From: Lytechinus pictus
Lineage: Eukaryota
Length of the DNA: 64,000 nucleotides
Direction of reading: 5' to 3'
Assembly: GCF_037042905.1 (NCBI RefSeq)
Contig: NC_087251.1
Location: 1,426,001 to 1,490,000 of the forward strand
The notes beneath the pieces are model-generated. The model ran no database searches. It worked only from the letters and a program-made list of their open reading frames with translations, and was not told the origin of the DNA. The position numbers were made by a program, and so were the translations under genes. This document shows positions 53,176 through 64,000 of this stretch, in pieces (position 1 is the stretch's first letter; each line of letters begins with the position of its first letter).

Positions 53176-53837
53176 CATCCATGAATCATCGTTTGCAATC
53201 CTGTACAGATTAGATTCTCGGTAAGATGAGTGTATTTTATTAAAACTTTCACGATTAATATTCATCTCATTAGATGAATGCGCTTTGTATATACGATTCT
53301 ATTCTCCATAAAAACTTTACTTTGAAAAAAAAATTGATCCATTATGTTAGCAAGAATGCTTAAATATGCGATTACATTGCCTTTAGTTCGGATGCTGATC
53401 AGTCCGAGTAAATACGAATAAAATGATTTTTTTTCTTTTATCTGGAGGCTTCTTACTGAGGGAAGCCGAAACTCATCGCAAACAGTATCAGATAATAAAT
53501 AAAAAAGATAAATTTGGCCATAATTGAAATTAAACTACAGAATAACATCAAACCTAAAAAAAAAAATCGAAATCAAATGTTTCTTGATTAGTTTTCAATG
53601 TTTTGAGATGTTGTATCTTTATGAAAGAGAGATGAATCATTGAATTACAGAATGCCCAAAATGTCTCATTCCAATTATCTTTTCATGCTTTTCATTTTTT
53701 TAAAGCTAACTATATATGTTTGTTCTTTGCTGATATAGGGTTATAAACATTTATAAATTAAAACTTTTCTCGAATTTTGTAATAATTACAATCTTAAGTG
53801 AAACCATCTTTTTTAAACCATCGATAAAAAACGGTAC

Positions 53838-54288
53838 ATTGCCAATTCGTTCACTGCCAACTTGTCCACTCGCCACATGGTCTACCTTCATTTAGTCTAA
53901 TGCCATTCCGTCCATCAACTTTCGTCTAACAACCATTTGGTCCAATTATCACTTCGTCTATCATCAGTTCGTTCACGACCATCTCGTCTCACAATCAGAT
54001 GGTCTAATATTCGTTTTATTTGCATTCATTTTGCCCAATTAACACTTGATTGATTGATTGCATTACAATGTAAGGCAAAACACAAGAATATAATATACTT
54101 AGTCTAATTAGACCAAGCGGTATATGGACTCAATGGTTATTAGACCAACTGGTTATTAGACGAAATAGTGTGTGGAAGAAATGGCAATTAGACCATATGG
54201 GTATTGGACGAACTGATGGTAGACCAAATGATAATAGACGAGTTGGCAATTGGACGAATTGGCATTGGACCAAATGAAAACCAAAACC
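53838..54288. mobile_element. Same MITE family (copy 2), with a 49-bp insertion
   Basis: Shares atggtctaccttcatttagtc, ttcgtctaacaaccatttggtcc, gacgaactgatggtagacc and aattggacgaattggcat with copy 1. Confidence 0.75.
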
Positions 54289-54479
54289 AAATCGGTATGA
54301 TATTCCACTCTGTGTCATGTATTTTTAGTTTAAATCAATTTTGAAGAAAGAAAATAAATTCGCAGAATAATTTGATTACATATTCTTGTCCACGGACATG
54401 GTTATGATATGCAGGGTCTACTGCTATAGCAGTTTTCATCATCGACTCCGCCTCTACTGGGCTATAGGTCCAAAATGTC

Positions 54480-55330
54480 TTTGGTATCAACCAACTTGAT
54501 AAATATATTTTTAAAAAGAATACATTTTAAAGATGCTGTATTATGCTATTATTTCACAATTTTTTAATTATGGCATTCTTGCTTGGGGAAGTGCTGCGAA
54601 TATTTATTTAGAGAGATTACATAAACTTAAAAAACGTGCAGTCAGAATTATAAACTCCCCTTTTTACGCCCATTCTTATCCTATTGTTCATTCACTTAAA
54701 ATTTTAAATATTTATGATATGTAAAAGTATGAAATTTGACTTTTTATGTATCTATGTTCTAAAGGACTTTTACCAGCGTTTTTATTGAACTGTTTTAAAT
54801 TAAATTACAATATTCATAAATACCCTGCTAGAAATGCTGAAAACTTCCACTTTCCTAAAATAAGAACTTGCCTTTCTCATAAATCTATTTTCTTTCGTGA
54901 CCCAGTACTTTGGAATTCTTTGCCGGTTAATTTGGAAACATCTTGTTTATTTTATATTTTCAAACGTAACTTCAGAAATTTCATAATTGATAATTAAACC
55001 TGTTTGTAAATATTTTTTTTTATATAATCTAAATCTTACCACTTGTGTATCTATGCCTTTGTATTGTCTTCTAATTGTTTTTTTTATATATTTTGTTACT
55101 TTTGATATTGTCGATAATTATTATTCTTTTTTAAGTAAGTTGGGTCGGCCGTTTTATAAGGATATTATTTTCCTTTTTGGCTGTTTCCCTCTCAATGCTT
55201 TTTTGTAAACTTTTATGTCTTTGATGTTATGTAAACTTTTATGTCTTTGATGTTATGTAAACTTTGTTCCCATGTATTTTATCACAATTATGTTCATTTT
55301 ATGCAGAGAGCAAAATAAACTTGAATTGAA
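54480..55330 (+). mobile_element. Degenerate 3' fragment of a CR1-group LINE related to the 43.5-kb copy
   Basis: Broken ORFs contain FNYGILAWGS, KKRAVRII, LKILNIYD, FHFPKIRT, PVLWNSLP. A 3' UTR follows, ending aataaacttgaattgaa. Confidence 0.85.
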
Positions 55331-57834
55331 TTTTTAATTGATGAGATCGGCACAGTATCCGTGGAGCTTGATATTTCTAACAAATATTATGAACCACCCC
55401 CTCCCACATCCAACGCGAGTCAGGTCATGCATGTGAGATTGGATGTGGCTTTAGAGTTCATATCACCTTGATCGGTTCTCCCGCCATCTTCTAAACCTGA
55501 GATGAATGCGCTTTCGATCACAAGCTGACTTCATACATACTAAAGAGTTGCATTCGTACTTCCAATGAGATGCTATCCCTTCTTAAGAAAATCCCACTTG
55601 TAGAAAACTCCATAATAAGAAGCTTAATTTGACCGTTAGCAAGAATTTCAGATTTGAAAATGTGAAGTGTGATATTTAGTGATTTGCGTTTCATTGATAA
55701 TAATTATTTTTGTTCTGCTACAGAGAGCTGATGATAGTGATCACACTTAGATCATGATCTGGTTAAATGATATAGTCATACCAATAAAGGAGTCTCCAAA
55801 CCAACCAATAGTATTTAATCGGTGATTACGTCATATATTTGGTCAGTCTGAAGTCGGTTTCGTCAATATTACGATGGCATGAATATGTTTCTAGCTTCAA
55901 GCATGAAAAAGACAAGTGATGAATGCTCTGTCAGAAAATAAAAGACACTAGCTATACAAAAACATTACACAAAAAGATGTTCATAGTTATAAGAGAAATA
56001 ATATTTTCAAAATTTATTATCTATTTAATATAAAATAATTTGAAAACAACTGGTTTACTGCATTATGATGACATGCGCTTCATGGTTCTCTGACAATACA
56101 GTGATACATAACATTTCACGAATACATTACTACGATTATCTTCTATTTCTTATTTCAACATTCTTTGTTTTTTTTCTAATGTAACACTTACAAAAAATAG
56201 AATCTACAATAGATATATATGAACATGAATTCGCAGCCATGAAGATGAAATCCTTACCTAAAGAGTAAATGTAATTCATTTTGAAGGGTGTTCACACAGC
56301 TAAGCATTTATTTCAGATACAAGTGAAAAAAAAAAACTTGTACATATCAAATGACGCAATAGTCGTAAATTTGTAATTTGTATAGCCATCCACGTCTCAA
56401 GAGCCTTAGTTGATAACTTCCTTGACCTGTCAATATAACTAATATACAAAAGTGTCAATGTTTATAAACTCTGCTTTCAATGCATGCAAAATATGACAAG
56501 AGATGGGTCATCATTGTGTAGTTACCCTTTGACGCAAACTAGTGATAATACCAGACGAAAGCTTTATCTGAGTGCGACTATCTTTTGAATTTTCTATTAC
56601 TTTCAACTCGTATTTGACTATAACATTGATTTATGACTAGAAAATGTTAAGGTATGTGAATATATCGGTTGCATCCAGTTGTTGTTAATTGGGCAACTGT
56701 TGAAGGTGGAATAATTATTTTTGTCAGAAACTTAGTCTTTCTAATTCATGGACTGCAACACTTTATCTACGTATGACAAATGAAATAACACATCGGTGTA
56801 ACAATAATAATATTAAAATTTGACATTAGTACAATATTTAACTACACAATTTTATGTGATACAGATTGATTTATCCATGATATCGTAATATCTCATTTAA
56901 TAAAAAGTATATATCATGCCATAAATGAGTGCATGCATCTCACAGGCCTTGAAAATAGATCAAAAGTGTTTTAGTGACATACCGGCATTTTAATTCGGTT
57001 TATCATTACAACCATGAAATGCTTTTAACTTTTGCCTCTGAAAGAGGTAATTTCTAACACGACCAGCTGTGTATTTCCACTGGTTGCTTTATTGGAAGCG
57101 CTACAGGTTATCCATCCAATCTAGAACCACAGCAAAAGGCCAATCGTCGCTAGAAGGCTACCAACTATTTCTCAGATAATTGCCAATTTCCGATTCAAAC
57201 TGGAATTTGAGATACCATATACATGAACACGGTGAATTTGACCAGTGTCTTATCCCGTCGCTGTTATTTCACCAAGAATGTGTAATATTGAGATCCACAA
57301 ACATACAAATGAAGTTTATGTCTGTCATACCATTGATTTAGCTTTTAGAATGACGAAATTTTGTTTATTTCAACATTTTTAAAAGATATTTAGCTAATTT
57401 GGCAAGCTCGAGGTTTTACAAATCACGCCATTTCCTGTTATTTCTTGAGTAATGTTAGTAACAATAGGCTTTGCTTTAATGACACACGGGATAATCACTC
57501 CTTAATGTTAAACAATTTAGGTTAATACAACATTACCAAATTGACAGTGCTCACAATCATGATCAAGGGATGTATTCTGTCATTATCATTTTGAAATATT
57601 TGAAGAATAGAATTTGACACATAAATTAGTTTTTATAATACTGTACATGTAATTTCTACCTAAATACACCACAGTTGACAAAAAAAAAAGAAAACGGGCG
57701 CATGTATACTTTACAGTTATTTCAGTTTACTGGTTTATTTCAATTTCCTTGTATGGAAATGCTACATGACAAACGACACCTGCGAGGACAAATACAGACC
57801 ACCAACAATGACACTAACAACAACGAAACATATA

Positions 57835-57945
57835 AGTCAGCTGATTTTAACCCGATTTATCTATGGGGAGTTATATTTGTAACGTCACACATCAGTCAGC
57901 TGATTTTAACCCGATTTATCTACGGGGAGTTGCTATTTGTAACGT
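57835..57945. repeat. Local tandem duplication, period 59 bp
   Basis: agtcagctgattttaacccgatttatcta(t/c)ggggagtt...atttgtaacgt at 57835 and 57894. Confidence 0.9.
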
Positions 57946-60280
57946 AAAAAAGAGTAACATAGTGATGAAACAAATGAACAACGAAACGTGATGTGCATTT
58001 AAACAAAATATATATTGCCCATTATTGCCTAGGCATTATCATATCACCAACCTTTTTAATTTGAAATTTGATAATAATAATGTATCCCTTATGTTATGGT
58101 GTATGGAGATGTTCCGCATAGTGTAATATGAATCGCTATAGTTTCTTCCACCTTTTTTTTCATGAGACCCCTACAAACACGAATACTCCCAAATGATAAC
58201 ATCCATTTCATCTGCAGGGAAAATAACGAATTGAATATATTTGCCTTTCTGAAAGATGCCAGCTATGGGATGGAACTAAAATTACAAACTCTATGGATTA
58301 AGGCTATGTGATTATACCACCTTATCTTAATAAATTAGTAGAAAGACAACAAAAATAACTTGTGATTGACATTTGTGAAATATTATCATTCAAATTAAAT
58401 AGGAATGTGTTCAAAATCATGACATATTTCTTTTTTTACTAAACTCTTTTTTACGGATGGATGATCAGTTTCTTTTCAAAACTGTAATTTTCTATGACTA
58501 TGAGGAATATCCTATGTGCATTCTTATTGGGTTTTGTGATGCAATTGCATCTACACTAATCATTAGGTATAGAATAAAAAAAAAATCCGCATACTTTCAT
58601 TATAAAGCAAACATGTAGTGTGGATACATTCTCATTCATTAAGTTTATCAAGAAAATGATAATCATCGAAAATGAAAGTAAAACAAAAAATCTCGGTGAG
58701 ATTTTACTTCTATATAGAGTAAAATTGAATCACATAAATCAAAGAAAATGATTGATAATAAAAAGGAAGACTTAGACGATTTCAGTAGTACATTTATGGA
58801 GTGACTATGATTCCGATTTCTTTCGAAAAGAAGAATAATGCAAATTGACCAACATAAACGGGGAAAAGGTTTATTTTCTCGAAAGGATAACAATAAATTA
58901 GATTATGAATGCATTGACGTGCTATTGTACGATCACAGAAGGGAAATGCGTAGCAAAGCAACAAATGACATTTCAAAGCAAGGTAAATTCCCACTAAGTT
59001 TAGCAACCGAATACATCTATCTTAGCCCCAAATTGACACAAGAAATCAATATCCATTAAGCATCCGTAATTCTACATGTATTTGCTTCAAGTGTCTCTAT
59101 TCTAAATTCCTGGATTCTTCACCGAACTGAATTCCCCCTCTTGCCGTCACTCAACTAAGTACAAACACACCGTGTAAGTTGTTTTCTCGATATTGTAACA
59201 CGAATCACTAACAACTTTCTGCCTCACCTATACCATAGTACACTTTTCTTACCACTGGGAAGTGAGAGAGAAATGAAAATACAGAGAAATTGAAAGAGAG
59301 AGAAAGAGAGAGACTGACAGAAGGGAGGAGATAAACAAAGAGAGAATGACAAGGAGCGCTGACATAGGGGGGGGGGGGGGGTTCCAGATATTCAGATACT
59401 TCAATCTCACTTAAGCTGTATTTGTCAGCACGCTTTCATTTCCAATCTTATATATGGAAGGAGTTAAGGCTCTTGGAAGACAAAGTTCTCCCCGTACCAA
59501 TTCACATTTCTCAAAGCTAACTATTCGATGGTGATGAGTTATCACTTTATATTGGGCTGTATTTGAAATAGTTTAATCTGTAATCGGTGAACAGTTTCGC
59601 TGAAAATTTGTACCTTAAAAATTAAAGAATTTATTTTGCTACGTATTTTACCACTAGTGTTGACTAACAGTACAAACATTACAGTGCTTAACGTCAGTGA
59701 TTTTGATGGGGGAAGACGACATAAACATGACGTCATATTCGTCCAAATGTGGTGGTGACCCTTGATCTCCTTATATTTTCTCTATTTAACCATCATTTTT
59801 GTTTGCCTCTTCTTGATGAGGATTGCCTCCTCCCGTCAAGTAAATTGTAGATATTCCACTGATTGGCAGAATTACTGGATTTATTCTTACTTTTGTGTTT
59901 ACATTCCTGACTATCAAAGACATATAATATCCGAAACATCCCGTTCTGACTTAAATATCGCCGTTTGCACGAATGAACGCAAGAATATGACAAAATACAT
60001 GAAAGTTAAACACAAAAGGAAGATATTAGTAAACATGAAAGTACACCTTCATTGGAATTTTCACCTCCGAAGGTCATGGTAACGGAAACATGCTATTGTA
60101 CCTAACACTGATGATATTTCTCTGGTAGCATATCGACTATTCCCTTGGATATTATAATGCTTACATAAAACACTCTATCAAAAGGAAGAAAATCTCAGAA
60201 ACAAACAAAATACTTAATAATTACAGATTAAACATATATATGGAAAGTAATAAAATCTTTTCGGAAGCTCTGCGATTATA

Positions 60281-62140
60281 TTATACAGACGTCTCAACAC
60301 TGTCTTCGGCTTGCGTCTCTCCTTCTTCTGCATCTTCATCATCAGGATCGTTCATATTAAGTGCAGCGTCGTAAGGTGGAGGTGAGTCGATGGGTACAAC
60401 TACCATTCCACCTGTACCTTGACTGTTTTGATTGAATCCATTGGCTCTATGCCACGTGACAGTCCGAACCCCACCATCACCATCCATCAAGACCAACGAT
60501 TCTATTTGATTCTCATCAGTCTGACTGTCCTCCATACCTTCACTATCTTCTTGCTGACTTCCTTGGCTACCGAAGCACAGTGGCAGAGATGTCGGTCGTC
60601 TATGGCGTCTGTTACTTGGTGTCGACGATGCAGACATTAGTGGTTTTCTCTGATTAGCGTTCGGCTCGGTATCATCTGTTGGGATCAGTGCAGCCCTATT
60701 TTCAGTTTCGCTTGCAGCTCCTGCCGTATTGGAGGAGTTCGTAAATGGTTTAACGCGGTTAAACATATTGCTAATACCTATGGTGTGACTAGATGAACTA
60801 CGGGATGGAAGTATCCGTAGACTAGTCGAAGGTGTGTGTCCATTGGAAAGAGATCTATTGTGAGTCAAAGGTGATCGCAGTGTCCAGTCACTCGTTGATG
60901 ACTGCGCTTCTCGATCGTTTGATAAGCTCGATACATAACAGAGACCTATAGCTGTTGTCGCAGATCTTTGTAATGTTCTTGAACGTAAAGATCCATGTAT
61001 GTAGTTGTGTCTCGTGTTTGTATCATGACTGTTGTGTTCGTGCTTAGCTCGCTGAGCAGCAAATGGCGGACCCGGTCCAGTCGGTGTAAGGCCTGACCGA
61101 AGATGGTTTCCATTTGCTATGTCCATAAGGAGTGCCTCTGAGTAGCTGGGGACAACATGTCTATTGTCACGTATAAGTAACTCAAGACTCCTATTACTAC
61201 CTACAGTATTGAATCTATTTCCATTTGCCCCCTCGCCTGTCCAAGACTCAACTGTGATCATTCCACTATTGTAGTTCGTTCCAAATAATTTCTCGATCTG
61301 GTAGTCAACTATTGCAGTTTGCATTGATATTAGGATTCTAAAAGGCCATGAAAGCAATGATAGAGAAGTCACCCAAAACATTGACATTGACACATACCAT
61401 GGAAGGTTTTCAGAACACGCGTATGTCACCATTTCATCGGTGAACTCAACTTCAGTGAGACCAAGCCCTTCTCGTGTTTCTAAATTTTCATCCCGACCCT
61501 CATTCTCTGTAAAGAAACGTGACCTCTGTGATAGATAGTCATTCTCCGCTTCCTCATTTAAAAACATGAAGTTTTTGGTAAACGTGATCCTTGTTAAAGG
61601 GTGAAGTTCTAATCCATTCAACTGTCTCGAAACATCTTTTACACCACATTCTCCAAAATCAAATGCCCCAGCTGCTGAGTGTGTGTTTATCCTTTCGAAA
61701 TACTCTTGAGTCGTTGTGTAGGCATCTCCATGTCTATACCGCGTAACCTGGCGCGTATGTCTGTTGTAATGATAGGAGATAGCCCTCCACCAAACCACTG
61801 GGTAGGCATTGCGTATCCTACGGACCCGACTGTAAACCGTACTCACGTCTTCCCGATATTGGATCTCAATGCGGACGTCACTGTACCAACATTCCACTAG
61901 GTAGACAAGATAGAGCAGGACGAGAAAAGCAACAGGGATGAAGGTGTACCCATCTTGACAAGGACTATCCTTGATCGTGATTGGTTCCTGTTGATAGTTG
62001 AGAGCTATGACCTCTACTATGCTGGTCTGACACCAGAATACCACAGCCAGACTGCCATACATTAGGAGGGTTAAGATCAAGCACTTCCAGTGGGTCTCTT
62101 CCCGAAGACTGGTACAAGCTGTACGCCGAATCGGTGTTTG
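60281..62140 (-). CDS. TMEM151: TMEM151-family transmembrane protein, large terminal coding exon (619 codons + stop); upstream exon(s) needed
   Basis: Uninterrupted ORF with motifs recalled from TMEM151A/B: SLREETHWKCLILTLLMYG, IPVAFLVLLYLVYLVECW, WWRAISYHY, RQVTRYRHGDAYTTTQ, LLSWPFR, PSYSEALLM, C-terminal ETSV. A polypyrimidine tract plus CAG acceptor (minus strand tttctctgtttctctttcag) ends at 62141, phase 0. ORF-track residues from 62185 to 62141 are intronic. Confidence 0.93.
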   Translation of the reverse strand, partial: QTPIRRTACTSLREETHWKCLILTLLMYGSLAVVFWCQTSIVEVIALNYQQEPITIKDSPCQDGYTFIPVAFLVLLYLVYLVECWYSDVRIEIQYREDVSTVYSRVRRIRNAYPVVWWRAISYHYNRHTRQVTRYRHGDAYTTTQEYFERINTHSAAGAFDFGECGVKDVSRQLNGLELHPLTRITFTKNFMFLNEEAENDYLSQRSRFFTENEGRDENLETREGLGLTEVEFTDEMVTYACSENLPWYVSMSMFWVTSLSLLSWPFRILISMQTAIVDYQIEKLFGTNYNSGMITVESWTGEGANGNRFNTVGSNRSLELLIRDNRHVVPSYSEALLMDIANGNHLRSGLTPTGPGPPFAAQRAKHEHNSHDTNTRHNYIHGSLRSRTLQRSATTAIGLCYVSSLSNDREAQSSTSDWTLRSPLTHNRSLSNGHTPSTSLRILPSRSSSSHTIGISNMFNRVKPFTNSSNTAGAASETENRAALIPTDDTEPNANQRKPLMSASSTPSNRRHRRPTSLPLCFGSQGSQQEDSEGMEDSQTDENQIESLVLMDGDGGVRTVTWHRANGFNQNSQGTGGMVVVPIDSPPPYDAALNMNDPDDEDAEEGETQAEDSVETSV

Positions 62141-62437
62141 CTGAAAGAGAAACAGAGAAAATATGGTAAAATAAATAAGGGTCAAATTTTTTACAACCTT
62201 AATACATTAAGGTAAATTTTGATAAACAATAATTAGAAACATTGTACTTTGTCTTATTTTGATGTATAGGCTACCCTTGACCCTTTTTAAACATGCATTC
62301 TTGATTGACCTATCACACCTTTGCACCAACAGATGTCTGAAGAATTAATATTGTGTTCAATTGTTGAGATTTTTCAAGTAAGGCGTCAGTATAAGAAGAA
62401 AAGAAAAAGTAGACCAAAGAATAGAGTGTGTACTCAC

Positions 62438-62461
62438 AGGTAAGAGAGATTTTTTCCACAT
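62438..62461 (-). CDS. Candidate short first coding exon of the TMEM151 gene (MWKKSLLP)
   Basis: Minus strand reads aaaATG TGG AAA AAA TCT CTC TTA CCT|GTGAGT. The phase 0 donor matches the phase 0 acceptor at 62141 and implies a 297-bp intron. No homology support. Confidence 0.25.
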
Positions 62462-64000
62462 TTTAATTCTTATTTAGGAAGCACTGTGATAGAGATATTG
62501 CACGTTGCAGTTCATGCAAAACGCCTTGAGCAATTGTCAACGCTGTTCTTTTTTCGTCTAGCTATAATGACATTTTTATAACTTCACATCTTACATTCAC
62601 TTATCTCAAACAAAGAATTGTATAAAACTAATTTGGTAGGGATCGTGTAGGAAATAATACCATATAAAAACACTGTCTTTCAAAGACGGCATGGAATTGC
62701 TCATCCCTGTGAGATTATGAATGTTTTATGGAAACACTAGGAATTAATAAGGCAATTTATACCCTAGTTTTGTCAAAATCTTAGGGTATGTTATTCTTTA
62801 TCACGTCACTTCGCATGCAGTACACTTTCTATTAGCTTGTAATATGGCTGATAAAGGGCATGGCGAGCGATACAATTGAGTAGTTACATTCTAAACAACC
62901 CAAACTAGATACCATCAATCTAAATAGACTCAGAATATCCATTGACATTTCGTGTTGGTCGAATACCATGAACAAATTGCTACATTCTACTTCTAAACAA
63001 AAGCAAGCTATATGACCTTAGTGTACTTTTCAATATTTTTCCTACGTCGAATTGAAATAGGGATGCCATGTAGCCTTTGACAAATCGAAGGAAGACAAAC
63101 ACAATACTACATACAATAGTACCAGATGTTCTATTACCGTCTAATGCTATTAAGGAAAGATTTTGTTTCGTAAACCAATTTGGGAAAATAACAATATTTC
63201 CCTTAAGTTCATTTTGATTTGAATTCATCAGAACAAGCACTGTAATATGATGACTATTATAGTTTTCTTGCCCCTTCTCTCTCTTTCTTTGATTTGATTG
63301 ACTTTTACCTTTGCATTTCTTGTCATCATGTTTAAACCGTTTTCTTTTGTAGGTTTCAGTCTCTGCATATATTTCGAAACCGTGTAGGGTCATCACACAT
63401 TGCTCTCAAGTTGATTTCAACATATTTATTATATTAAAAAGGAATGTTGTGATTATTTATCGAGTAAGAGCTATTACATTTTGTGTATGAAGTATGTTGC
63501 CTGATTATTCGTTTTATAACACATTTTGTGTGAGAGGGTGTGTGAAATACAATTCTGTCCTTATATCTGATTTACTACTAACAAATCAACTTGTACACCA
63601 TGTGATGTCTAAAATCGAGAAGATGCAATTTTAGTATTGCTACTCGACTATTCCAATTTCCGTAAACAATTTGTGTAATTTCTCATGTTTTATTTTTCTT
63701 ATGTTGCATTATTCCGCCCACAATCGAGAGAGATTCAGAACGTCATTACCACAATCCTACCAACACAAGATAGCTTTCTATAGATTAGTGGAATCTACCT
63801 CTCTCACTGCCGTGCTTCATTTAAATTTATGCCCGCCTGCTCGTGCTGCAAGGATATGTTAAAAGAACAGCAACATGCAATTCACATTTCTGAAGCAGTC
63901 TCTTCAATCTAGAAATGACATGTTGCTTTAAAGTGCAACTAGTGCGAGTGGGTGATTTGTTGTTTATAACAATTCTTTTCAATGTTCAGGAAAGCAAAGC

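Noticed and set aside
62141..62185. N-terminal MTLIYFTIFSLFLFQ of the 634-aa ORF as a signal peptide
   Set aside because: It starts at TTG and is the translated polypyrimidine tract and acceptor of the intron.

Overview
AT-rich, repeat-dense eukaryotic (metazoan) DNA. The repeat style suggests a marine invertebrate, probably a sea urchin; this is inference only. One host gene is recognisable: the large last coding exon of a TMEM151-family membrane protein on the minus strand (60281-62140). The rest is non-coding DNA containing L2 and CR1-group LINE fragments (one with an open 448-codon RT ORF), tRNA-derived SINE heads, non-autonomous DNA transposons with clear TIRs and TSDs (hAT-, Kolobok-, Tc1/mariner- and Ginger-like, partly nested), and a 42-bp minisatellite. 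The most striking structure is a 10.9-kb cluster (21117-31993) of a ~1.7-kb non-coding element with Helentron/DINE-1-like hallmarks. Its copies are not head-to-tail: 4 stacked 5' heads precede 4 body starts, then 2 heads precede 2 body starts. Repeated self-insertion into the element's own T-rich spacer would give this pattern. Six bodies also carry a tRNA-Arg-like Pol III A/B-box cassette followed by a T-run.
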